64,000 nt of DNA from positions 7,022,422 through 7,086,421 of the forward strand of contig NC_092678.1 in NCBI RefSeq assembly GCF_964355755.1, in the 5' to 3' direction. Shown here piece by piece: positions 1-11,929 of this stretch. Source of the DNA: Antedon mediterranea (taxonomy: Eukaryota > Animalia > Echinodermata). The translations under genes were made by a program, and so were the position numbers. Below the pieces are notes generated by a model. It ran no database searches. It was given only the letters and a program-made list of their open reading frames with translations, and was not told the DNA's origin. The first letter of the stretch is position 1. Each line of letters begins with the position of its first letter.

Positions 1-77
1 TCTCGATCCCTTTTGATAATTATTCGGCCCCTAGCGGTACCTACACAACTCGCCAATACACAACACAAAACATTACA

Positions 78-1451
78 TGCTATAAATGTAATAAACCAGG
101 CCACATTAGTCGACAATGCCCACTTAACAACAACCCTGCAAAAGATCAATGACTAGGCCTGTACATTAAACACAATTGTGGGACCAGCCCATGGTTACTG
201 TCTGGTACAATTAACAACAGACAGGCCGAAATACTTAGAGACACTGGGTGCTCCCAAAGCATTGTAAAAAGTACTTTTGTGAAACCCAAGGATTATACCA
301 GTGAAACTGTCACCGTACAAGGCTTTACTGGTCAATGCATAACCCTCCCAGTTGTACACGTACATATTGATTGTAAGGCCTATAGAGGAAAATTAAAGGC
401 AGCCGTGAGTAATGACACCCCTAAAGACTTATTACTTGGCAACGAAGTTATGACCGGTAACCCAAACGACGTCACATGGCCCCCTTCTATACTAGCTATT
501 ACCAGAAAACAAGCCCATGACCAAGAAAGACAAGAGGCTATTAATTTAGCTGCTGCCCTTAATGTTAAAACGTCCCCAATCCCTGATGCCCTACCACTTA
601 AACCTTCCCCAAGATCGTCCCGAATTGTAAAGAAAAATGACAACACTACCACTGCCCACATTACCGATCATTCACCTTTGGACATCAAAACAACACCACA
701 CCAACTTGCACATCAACAAAAAGAAGATAAAACCATTAGCACCATAATACATGATAGAACTGTCTCTTTTGACCAAATTAATTCTCATCGTGTATGCTTT
801 TATTTGAAAGATGATATATTATTTAGAAAATGGAAATCTATTAAGACCAGTGTTAATCTCCCTGGCCTAGAACAAATCGTATTGCCCACAATTTATCGCC
901 CGACTATACTTTCCTTAGCCCATGACAACCCAACATCCGGCCACCTCGGTGTAAACAAAACAACACAACGTATCCTACAATCCTTTTATTGGCCAGGTAT
1001 TTTTTCGGATGTTGCTACGTACTGTAGAACATGCGACATATGTCAGAAAACAGCCCATGCTAATACGTATAGTAAGGCCCCCTTGAAACCCATAGAAATT
1101 GTCGGTCAACCATTCTCCAAAGTAGGAATTGACATTCTAGGCCCACTTAAACGTTCGAAAAACAGAAAAGCCTATATACTGACAATTTGCGACTATGCCA
1201 CTCGATTCCCTTTTGCTGTGCCCCTTAGTAATATTGAAGCCAAAACTGTGGCCGATGCATTGATATTGGTGTTCAAAGATTTTGGATTCCCATCACAAAT
1301 CCTATCCGATCAGGGCACAAACTTCACTTCACGACTGATGAAACAATTATCAGACTTATTACAAATTGAACAGATGACGTCTACCCCTTTTCACCAGCAA
1401 ACAAATGGTCTTGTCGAGTTGTTATTTGCTTATCAGATTGGATTTAGTTAA
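78..1451 (+). pseudogene. Truncated gag-pol reading frame: CCHC knuckle, in-frame TGA (150-152), protease, integrase zinc finger and partial DDE core
   Basis: ORF 279..1451 contains HDNPTSGHLG...CRTCDIC, GIDILGP, SDQGTNF and TPFHQQTNGLVE. Integrase similarity stops abruptly after ~1417. Confidence 0.85.
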
Positions 1452-2138
1452 ATGTAGTATTAAGTTTACTGCCACTGTCATGATGATGTGTATGTTGAAT
1501 TGTGTTTTATTGGTTCTCCCCTCCTGCCCATTGGGTACAAGAAGCTTTTCACAACTATGTTCCCTGAATGAAGTTAATTATAATGGATCACAAGAAACTT
1601 TTAACACTTACATGAGAATTACTTATTGATAAACTATTTCACTTTATTCCTCGGATTGATGAGAAACGTGAATCCAGAAATGTACACTTTTTAAAAATTT
1701 TCTTCAAGATATAGTGGACAGTCAACTGCAGTTATGTCGTTCTCAATTTTTTTTGTTATGAACTGAATTTTGGGAAGCAGGTCAACTTGTTTCTAGGCAA
1801 CAGCTGATTGATTGATGGATCATCAGGAGTAAATACAGGAGTTACTACATTTATGACCTGCTGACTTTCATTTTCAACTGAACATGTTTGCTGAGCTATA
1901 TATTATTATGAACGCTTTATATTATTATTATGACTTTTAATTTGAGAACTTTACCAATTTTACTTTTACTTTTGTATGTTTTGCCACGTTAGCCGATTTA
2001 TTGATTTGTGACGATTTGCGTTACGTTTTCTTTTGTTTAGATTTAAGATGTTCGTAGTTAAGTTTGTTTCTCAATACATTTTTGGCTCAGTGACTCGTTG
2101 GTTTCGAAGACACGGCTTCGAATTGACGAGCGGGGGAA

Positions 2139-2491
2139 TGTAACATGGTGGGACCAAACCCTATTAGTCACACAGGCTATTCACCCCTTACTCTCCCCGA
2201 TGTCTACTTAACTTGGAACACTACATTCCTGAGGTGGGTCTTCCAAGGAAAGTCAATCAGGATGTGGTACCATTTAATTAGTCATCCTTCCTGTCCCCTT
2301 AATATAAATATATGTTTTTTTGTAGTTAAGTTAGTTAGTTCGGGTATTGATTCTTGAGACTATAACATCAGTCAGAATCACTACGTTTCACATTGTTTTA
2401 TAATTATTACTTTTTGATTGAATATATTTTGTACATTGAATAATTGTGTGCCATCGTTATTGTCTTGGCCCTCGACACGACTACCGTTACA
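2139..2491 (+). repeat. 3' LTR (353 bp)
   Basis: Starts TGTAAC immediately after the purine tract GAGCGGGGGAA and ends GTTACA, giving a 6-bp terminal inverted repeat. Confidence 0.8.
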
Positions 2492-2599
2492 GTTTTCAAT
2501 TAACAACAAACATATGAGAGGCAACATTTTCTGGAATTATTGCCAAGTAAAATTGCTTCCTTGCATCACAGAACTCGTTTACCAAACTGATTAGTCCCC

Positions 2600-3381
2600 A
2601 AATCGTCCCAGTGCTGAATCGTCCCAGGGCCGAATCGTCTCGATAACATGAACACAACACACATCTAGTCACATTATATAAACCTATTTATTTAAATAGG
2701 ATAACTTCTATCATGACCGTTCATTAGTCAACAATTTTAAATTCAGTCATGGTGTACCACGATCACCACCAATCACAATAACACGACTGACTAATATACA
2801 GTAATCTGTCTACTACTGCGCACACCACCCACTAGTCTAGTTCCGGCCGTTTACACTGGATATTTACAGAGTAATACAAAAATATACATTTACAGTGAAC
2901 AACGTAACAACATCATAAAGTTGCATTCACACGAGTTCAATTGTGTATGTTATTCCCTTTCGTGAAGTGTAACTTGTTTGTTGTTTGATTCAACCTGTTA
3001 GTGGCGGTTTCATCGATGTTGGTTGTGAACTGGATAAAAAAAACCAAAAAAACAAAGAAAAAACTGTAGCTTTATAAAGAAGAACGTTACTTACCTGTAA
3101 TTTTTTAAAGATATGATACTTATTGCTTTTTACAATACATTAATAAATAAAAACACAATAGAAACATTGCTAGACGCAGTATGTAAACAATGGTTCTGTA
3201 TATTAATTTCGTTTTTCATATTGAATGAGTGTTTATTTGAGTACGCTGTGTTCCTCAAACAAATAATAAACGCCACTCGAAGAAACGCCTCCCTCGAGTA
3301 AAAAGCCCACGAATAAAATACCCTACTGAATAATAAACGCACAGACGTTTTAAAAGTCTTATTTTATATTGATTTACTCAA
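2600..3381. repeat. Duplicated non-coding block downstream of ST8Sia copy A (paralog at ~8577-9411)
   Basis: Colinear shared strings such as aatcgtcccagggccgaatcgtc, ctactactgcgcacaccac, catattgaatgagtgtttatttgagtacg and tattttatattgatttactca. Confidence 0.85.
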
Positions 3382-4022
3382 AAACACAAAGAGGGATTTA
3401 ATGGCAGTATTATTCAATGCACTTCACGTGTATAGCTTTGCACTTGGCTATTCTGAGCTGACTGTAATAGAGGTCACCGGACAGATTTACCTGAAAGACC
3501 TTCACATGAAAACACCTCATATTAATGCCTTTCAATCATTCAATTGATAAAATCAATAGGTCAAGGGTCATTCAACTATTTGAACTGTGGGAGTACACCC
3601 AATTTTATTATTTTGTTCTATCTGATTTTACGTTTAATTTTCTATATTTTTGTACTTCATGCTACTTGTGCCTTAATAAGATAAAGGTCAAATGACAGGG
3701 TTCATGTTAACATTGAACATGATTGTCTTTTTTGTTTTTGTAATTCTCTCTTTGCAAAGATAAATAGTAGAGACTACCAATTATATAAATAATGAATTCT
3801 TAATTTGAGTTTGACGAATATTTTCATACACCTTAAATAGAACTTTTTAAATATTTCAAATTTTTATTTTGTATGTAAATTCATTTAATAATGACAATTC
3901 TGAACATTTCAAATTGTGCTTTGAACACAATTTAAATTAAATTTAGGCATGTTAGCACTTGAATATCACTCGTGAAATACACGTGAATATGTTGCTTTTC
4001 GTTTTTGTTAAAAATATTTTCA

Positions 4023-7000
4023 TCAAAGCACGCACTTATTCGTAACCATTCTAAGATATCCTTCGTCGTTCATCTTTACAAGTTTCTTATATTCACTCGG
4101 CATATTATGTGAGTTGTTAAACGAAAATCTGGATTTCCCATCATAGTGATATGTAAGGTTTCTTCCATCAGGTGCAATGCCAAAAGGATAAAATCCGTAC
4201 AATGATATCATATCACAAAAAGGCACGGCTGCCGTGTACAAAAACAGGCCGGATGAAGGGGCTGTTATGTTCCAAAATCTGAAAAATATAAGAAAGATTT
4301 TTAGTAATTCGGCTTATGAAAGATTATTAAAGAACCAATGCAAAGATTTAAACGCAACTTTTCGACGTAAAATCTCGTAAGGAAATAATCCTGCGTGTCT
4401 TAAAGCTTGGTTCACCCGCAAAATGTCGTTCAGCTTGTGTGAAGCTTGGTTCGCACGAGGACGCAAAAATGACGTAGAAAACGGGCTTTACGACGCCTTC
4501 TATTTTATAGAATATCTGTAAGTTAAAGAGCGTTGGATGTAAGTTTTAACTTGGCAACGCTACAAGAACAATATTAGGCCTAACTTTATTGATTGGTCAC
4601 CGGTTTATCAACAATTAAGACTACCCTACTACTGGTTAATCCTAACACAAATATACTATACAATAATGATAACAAGATAACCATCTTACGTGTTTAAATT
4701 GTGATAAAACTGCTTATGCGGATAAGCAATTGAAACATTCAAGTTGTTTCTGCTAAAAAAATGAAGAAACTCAAAGTATCTTTCAGTTCGTGGAGTATAT
4801 TCTTTAGAAAACCAAAGAACTGCACCTTTAAACTCTCTTAATCTTTCTAAACCACACTTTGACTTCCATAGCTCATAATTTTCGTGTTTTTTCCCCTGGA
4901 TGTACCAATGTAGAAATTTTGTGGATTCACGATTTACAGACATTATATTCGTTTTGTTTCCAACATCATTTACAAACTCTTTTATTGGAGCCATGTTTGA
5001 TCTCATTACAAAGTCATGAGCGTCGATTTCAGAGCCACATCCACTGTTCAGAAGAATTCCACCATTGCCGACTACTGCGCATGTGCGATAGCGAGTAATA
5101 ATTTGTATTGTTTTTCCAACATACTTGCCATAATGAGTAACTTTTCTGAATTCTCTCAGATTCTTAAATTTACCATGTTTATGAAAAGGTGTTAACAAAC
5201 CAAACTCCAGTTTATTTGCTTCCGCTCTGTGAATGAAATAAAAATGATTATAAATGGGACATGCATGTCACAGACATACTTTCTAAGGCATCTCGAAAGA
5301 TGTTTGCTTTATTTGTGATGAGGAAATCTGGCGCATCTGTGGATGTGGATGACCTGATCAAGGTGTTCTGTTAGACCTACTCTTGAGTATGCATACCCTG
5401 TGTGGCATGGCGCAATTACTAAAAAATTTGCACAAAAAATTGAAGCTGTTCAAAAAAGAACTCTACTATCCTAGGGAAAATTATTTATCGTACGATTTAG
5501 CTTTAGAGGAGACGCAACTCCTTTCGCTTGCGGCAAGGAGGGAAAGTCTGGTCCTTTCCTTTAGTCAGGGTCTCATAAAATCGTCTTTGCACAGGGATAT
5601 GCTCCCTCCTTGCCGCAAGCAAAAATTAAACCTTAGATCCAAAGGTGGAAATCTGGAAGTGCCTAAATGTAAAATCGACAGATATAAACGGTCTGCTGTA
5701 CCTTATATTGTTAAGCTGCTTTACTCTTAATAAAATGCACTCTATAGTTCACTTTGTCGGTCGGTCGGTCTGTCTGTCGGTCCGGTATCACTATGTGTTT
5801 TAGCACGCGACTTATGGCGGTTGGCCTTGTTATGTTTTAAATAACTTTTGATGTTTACGGTTTAAATATTTTCTTTTTTTTTTGGAGCGACCTTTTTTAT
5901 TTGTTTTACTTGATGGACATTATGCATGTAATATTGGATTCTTCTAAGTAAATAAATACATACATTTAAATTAATACTATTGTATATATTGCTAAAAATA
6001 AATTAAAACCTTGATAAATATATTTAAAATACTAGTGAACCTAATTAATGATACTTTGTACTGATAAAATGAATGAAGAAATTATCTATTTTTATGACAT
6101 TGCAATATTGTTCTATTGCATAAATTTTAAATGGTTAATGTACAGTATATTTATATTTTATGCATATTGTACATTTTTCTGTAATCTGTAACTTTTTAAT
6201 ATATATACTACAATCATTTCAGACTTGTTCTGCTTTTTGTAATGTTTTTTTATATACCTGAATAATAAATAACACACTGATTGCATTAGCAAATTGATTG
6301 GTTAATTACGTATCACGTGTCATGTGACTGCTCTATTTTCAACTCGGCCCTGCCTCGTTAAACAAAGAGAATTCACTTTTTTTTCAACTCATGAAATATT
6401 CTGACCTTCCAACTCTTTTAAACATTCATAATATTATACTATCGAAAAGCTTCAGCTTATACACATGCGTAGGGAATGATTTGGAATATGTAAACATGAA
6501 TACGCATGCGTATAAGCTAAATCTTTCGATTCCATCTTTGTCTCTTCGATCAAATAAAATAAAAAATAATTTTATATATTTATCTATTACTTATGTTTGT
6601 GTTTCGATTATACTAGAAAGGTAGGCCAATTTGGATTTGCTAAAGTGTTTAGGATGTAAATTGTACCGAACTATTGTATACCCATTCGGTATTAGCTCGA
6701 CAATTCAATCATGTGAAATTTAACCATTACAGTATTCACAGGTAGGTTATTAAAAATGATAATTATTGCAATAGAAACATGAAATTCGGATGATAAATCG
6801 AATGACATAATACGATCGACCATTTCTTTAAAAAAGTAAATATCTAAAAAAGCAATGGAGCTCAAACTTACCTTAAGTTGAATATCTTAACTAAATCAAT
6901 GGTTTTATTAAGTTCATTTTCAACTAATTCCTTCGTGGATCTCCTCGGTGTTTTAGCAGTTGGCAGATATCTGTAAATAACATGAATTAGTGGTATTAAA

Positions 7001-7817
7001 TAGAGACAGTCTAATAGGCCACGATGTTGAGAAGCAGTGAAAAATGTCTCTGGTCAAAAACTAAATAAAAACAGTACAACTAAATCGCGACGGCAATTAA
7101 TCTGCAACTAAGTGCACAATTAACAGTAGGGACCATTTCTACTGCAACTAAGTGCTCAATCAACACCAGGGACCATCTTTACTGCAACTAAGTGCACAAT
7201 CAAAAGTAGGGACCATTTCTACTGCAACTAAGTTCACAATTTACAATAGGGACCATCTCTACAGCAACTAAGTTCATAATTAACAATAGTGACCTTCTCT
7301 ACTGCAAATAAGTTCACAGTTAACACTAGGGACCATCTCAACCGCAAGTAAGTTCATAATTAACAATAGGGACCGTCTCTACTGCAACTACGTGCACGGT
7401 TAACATCTATTGCAATTAAGTTGTTCCGAACCAATGGTGCTTCGGGAAAACCCTTTAAAACTAAATTTAAGGCGTATATTTTCGGAATGAATAAGATAAG
7501 GGCACATAATTTATAGCAAAGACCTTTTCGGACATGGAATATGTGATTAAATTATAAAATAAATCATAAAAGAATATATATGAAAGAATCAGATTGGTAA
7601 AGTAGAGTTTATAATATTTAGGTACAGTATATGTAATGATACCTTGTTCCATTTTAAGCCAGTGACTAAGATATGTTTCTACTAACCTTTGATAATACTG
7701 TCTGCTTATGTGTATGTTGTCGTTATATTTTGACGACCATAATAGAGTGAATGCAGTTACCAGTACAGAGAAGCTTATTAGAAACGTAAACAGGGTAATT
7801 GTCTTTTGTGTAACCAT
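4023..7817 (-). CDS. st8sia: Alpha-2,8-sialyltransferase-like (GT29, ST8Sia family), copy A; 4 exons, 340 aa, apparently intact
   Basis: Exons 7817-7687, 6970-6872, 5226-4690 and 4278-4023, all GT-AG with phase-2 introns, total 1023 nt. N-terminal signal-anchor TM. Sialylmotif L ([32 protein letters not shown]...DVGNKT), S ([26 protein letters not shown]), VS (HNMPSE) and a C-terminal Cys typical of ST8Sia. Confidence 0.92.
5270..5730 (+). mobile_element. Degenerate non-LTR retrotransposon (L2/CR1-group) ORF2 3' fragment in intron 2 of copy A
   Basis: Broken frames translate [55 protein letters not shown] and RYKRSAVPY, typical of the post-RT region of LINEs. Confidence 0.7.
5738..5832 (+). 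mobile_element. Short Helentron-associated (HINE/DINE-1-like) element, family 1, missing its 5' end
   Basis: ctctatagttcact..(GTCG/GTCT)n..ggtccggtatcactat..cacgcgactta..ggccttgtt matches the termini of the element at 10625-11410. Confidence 0.75.
7101..7404. repeat. 40-bp minisatellite, about 7.6 copies, in intron 1 of copy A
   Basis: Unit approximately actgcaactaagtgcacaattaacagtagggaccatctct, repeated at an exact 40-nt period (7101, 7141 ... 7381). Confidence 0.95.
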
Positions 7818-8576
7818 TATCAACGGTTTTCAAATTTCAATACAGGCCTAAATAATAAAATCATGAAAGCTTTTATTGAACAATATATTATACAGTAAAT
7901 ACTGAATAGCGAATAACAGTTTATCAATATACAAAACATATTTCTCGACAGCGATTGCCATAGGAGAGAAAGATTATAAGCCTGTAAAATTTTAAAATAA
8001 TAACAATATGAATTCCAATTTGTATAATCATTTCACGACACTGTGGATATTTGATTCTTCAACTACATGCCGTTTCACTAAGGGTCACGTCCTGTCTGTG
8101 CTTAATTCTACAGCGCTCTCCTTCTTTCTACGACAGCGATTATGTGAACTACAGTAGTAGACCTACTACCCTACCGATACTCGTCTCGAAAGATTGTAGC
8201 CTACTAGGCCCGCTACTAGGTTCATTGAAGTTCACACCAGCATTCTGGGCTTTCCAGGTAAATAGTCTTTATCCAAAAAGACTCGTTAGCCAGCCAACCT
8301 AAAAAAAACCATGGAAAACCGCAAGTTCTCGGCCACTCAAATAGCAACAAAAATGTCCTTTAGATAGTAAGTATTTTATATTATAACCATTGAACAACAT
8401 CATCTATATTTGCCAAAAATGTAACATATATGAATGATTTTTTTGGAGAGCACATTACAAAGTGATTTTACCTAATACCAGTAGGCTACCTCTGTTTAAG
8501 AAAGCACAGTGTGCAGCCGATACGCTGCTGGCATTGCGCCCAGTAGGCTACCATAGGCAAATTATGTACATTACAA

Positions 8577-9411
8577 TCGTCCCAGGGCCGAATCGTCCCG
8601 CTACCATGAACACAACATGTTTAAATCCAGTCAAATTATAATTATAAACCTATTTATTTATATAGGGTAACTTTCAACATGACCGTTCATTAGTCAACAA
8701 TTTTGAATAATTTAGTAAATCATGTAAGCCTACCACGATCACCACCAACCGAAAATGACACGACTGCCTATTAATACAGTCTACTACTGCGCACACCACC
8801 ACCCACTAGTCTAGTTCCGTTTAAACTGAATATTTACAGAATAATACAATGATGTTTACAGAAAAGTGACCAACGTAAAAACATCCTAAAGCTGCATTCA
8901 CACTAGTTAAATCGTGTATGTTAGGCCTATTCCGTTTTGTGAAGTGTAACTGTAGCTTTATAAAGAACGTGACTTACCGGTGTTTTAAGATATGATACTT
9001 ATTGCTTTTTAAAATACAGTACAACAACTCAAATAAGAAAATCAGTTGAAGCATATACTAGTCTGGCATGATGCACATACAGTACAGTACACAGACACAA
9101 AAAACCACCATAATGCGTATTATTCATCGCAGCATTTGTTGGTCTTTGTATTCTTCAGCTATTAATCAATAACGTTTTTACAAAAAAAAAAAAAACCTTG
9201 CTAGAGGCAGTAAGTAAACAATGGTTCTGTATAGTAATTTTGTTTTTCATATTGAATGAGTGTTTATTTGAGTACGTTGTGTTCCTTAAACAAATAATAA
9301 ACGCCACTCAAAGAAACGCTTCCCTCGTGTAAAAAGCCCACGAAAGAAAAATAATACTGTATAATTAACGACCAGACGTTTTCAAAGCCTTATTTTATAT
9401 TGATTTACTCA
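8577..9411. repeat. Duplicated non-coding block downstream of ST8Sia copy B (paralog of 2600-3381)
   Basis: Same colinear strings as 2600-3381, with an extra segment of roughly 150 bp around 9020-9180. Confidence 0.85.
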
Positions 9412-10624
9412 GTTTTAAATTAATCATTTAAGTAAGTTGGATTACCACCAAGATAAACTCTATATTATTGTGATCATTTCGAAGCATGCTGGTCGTCGGG
9501 TGCGTTAATCATCATCATTTATAGTTTTTTTATAATTACAACATGTTTGAGTTTCTTTAGATGTTCGAGGGGAGGGGCTGCCTAAATGTAAGTCTACTGG
9601 AAAAGCCCATAGGATTGCACTCGTGAAATACACGTGAACATCCTGCTTATCAATTTTGTTTAACTGATTTACGTGAAAGCACGCACTTATTCGTAACCAC
9701 TCGAAGGTATCATTCATCGTTCATCTTTACAAGTTTCTTATATTCACTCGGCATATCATGGATATTTTTAAATTCAGTTTTCGTTTTTCCTTCATAGTGA
9801 TATGTCAGGTTTCTTCCACCAGGTGCAATGCTGAAAGGATAAAATCCATACAGTGATATCCTATCACAAAACTGCACGGCTGCAGTGTATAACAACAGGC
9901 CGGATGAAGGGCGCTTTTTTATGTTCCAGAATCTGAAAAAAAGAAAAAAAAAAGATTTATACCGTACATTATGCAAGGGATTCATACCTTGACTAATGCG
10001 CATGCGTATTCATTTCAACTACTATTTGTGACGCAAACAATGTGCAAGTAATCAGAACGTATGAATGTTCAATACGCATTTCTGCACGGCGACCTAAAAA
10101 CACTATTCAGTGCAAAAGACGTATTGTGGGACGACGCTCGAGTCGGTCGCATTAACAGCAGTTGAAAATGAGGGTTTTTATGAAAATCAACCATACTAGC
10201 AAAATCAATAAAGTAAATTTCTAAATTTGCAATGCAAAAGATAAGTTATAGGTTCAGCACTTCATTTTAACATTTTTAAGACCTGTCTCCCACTCTCCCC
10301 TTTTTTCCCGAAATGCAGGATCCACTACCGGCCTATGTGTTCATGAAATGGAAATATACCTACATTTGTTTTTAAGCACTTAAGTAACATTATATCAAGA
10401 AATTAGAAATGGAAAACTGCTTTAGGTAAAATCATTGCATTTCTTATTCCGTGGTGGGTAAGTATATTGATGTCCTATAAAGGCACAACCCTATTGATGG
10501 TACCGTATGGCACTATGCAAACCCCATCATCAATGTTCTAATGAAAACAGCACATCTTACATTTTTAAAGTGTTCGCCAACTTTGTAAACGGATAAGCGA
10601 TTGAAACATTCACATTGTTAATGT

Positions 10625-11410
10625 AACAAGGCCAACAGCCATTAAGTCGCGTGCTACAATGCATAGTGATACCGGACCGACAGACAGACCGACAGACAGA
10701 CAGACAGAGCGACCGACCGACATAGTGAACTATACTGACCGAAATTACTGAACATGTTTAAAAATGTTGAAATGTTTAAAAACATTTATTTTTTTAAATT
10801 TACACGTGCGTAGCCTGTCACTTTCGACGTGCTCGTATAACGTAATTTCGAGTTGAAAAGTAAGTCAAGAAAACAGAAATCGGGCAAAAAGAGTGCGCAA
10901 TAACATTTAACGCGCAGTGCGCGCGCAAAAATATGCGCACTCATGGCAATTTTGTAAACGCTTAAAATTGCCTGAAATGTACTCTTATTTCATCGAAAAT
11001 AAATTTTGAAAATGTAAAGCGCGCGTACGCATGCGTTACATGCGCTACGCACGTAATTGTATTGCCATATGATGATTTATGCCCTGAAATTTATGAGTAC
11101 CAAATTTTATTTAATTGTGATTCATGGTTGTGAAGATATGATTACAAACGTGATTTCGTTAAATCGTGCGTAGACCACGTAATTTTTTATTGCGCACCGT
11201 GAAAACATAACCACATTGATTCCTGGCCATAAGGAATATACTGTAAAAAATTGACCTAGCTAGATTAAACTGATATCAAGATAAGGTCAGAAAGCGATAA
11301 AACGAATAGTGATACCGGACCGACAGACAGACAGACAGACCGACAGACAGACCGACAGACAGACCGACCGACCGACATAGTGAACTATAGAGTCGCTTCC
11401 ACGCGACTAA
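10625..11410 (-). mobile_element. Helentron-associated non-autonomous element (HINE family 1) inserted in exon 3 of copy B
   Basis: Minus strand reads TTTAGTCGCGTG...(GTCG/GTCT)n...CACGCGACT...GGCCTTGTT. It has subterminal inverted repeats and a GTCY microsatellite, and sits in a T-run without a TSD. Removing it restores HYFYINNVNVSIAYP, which aligns with [15 protein letters not shown] of copy A. Confidence 0.85.
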
Positions 11411-11929
11411 AAATAATGAAGAAGCTCAAAATGTGTATCAGTACGTAGCCTATTTCTCGTAGAAAACCAAAGAACAACATTTTTAAAATCTCGTAATCTG
11501 TTCAAATGATAATTTGGATGACATTCCTAATGCATTGTAGTAAAAGTCTAGTGGAGACCACATTTACAGACATTATGTTCGTTTTGCTTCCAACATCATT
11601 TATAAATTCTTTTATAGGAGCCATGTTTGTTCTCATCACAAAGTCATGAGCGTCGATTTCAGAGCCACATCCACTGTTCAGAAGAATTCCGCCATTGCCG
11701 ACCACTGCGCATGTGCGATGCCGAGAAATGTTCCTTCCTGTTCTTCGAACGTACTTGCCAAAGTGATTAGCTTTCCTAAATTGCGCCAGGCTCGTAAAAT
11801 TGGTGTGTTGATAAAAAGGTATTAACACACTCGACTTGAATTCCTTCGATTTATTCCTGTGAATGACATAAATAGGATTCAGTGTTATTTTGTTATCTAA
11901 TCGTTAAAAATTATTTTTATTTTATTAAT

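Larger units (their letters stand above)
1..2491 (+). mobile_element. Ty3/Gypsy LTR retrotransposon, Gmr1-like (PR-IN order); runs off the window at the 5' end and is internally deleted (no RT/RNase H)
   Basis: Gag zinc knuckle CYKCNKPGHISRQC (78-119), aspartic protease motif LRDTGCSQSIV (~234-266), integrase HHCC and catalytic core in one frame. A polypurine tract precedes a TG...CA LTR at 2139-2491. Confidence 0.9.

Noticed and set aside
7101-7404. Possible CRISPR-like array
   Set aside because: Contiguous 40-bp tandem units with no unique spacers, inside a eukaryotic intron, and no cas genes.
9710-9712. Selenocysteine or readthrough at the TGA in copy B
   Set aside because: It aligns to Gly rather than Cys, the context is not a known leaky one, and the gene has two other upstream lesions.
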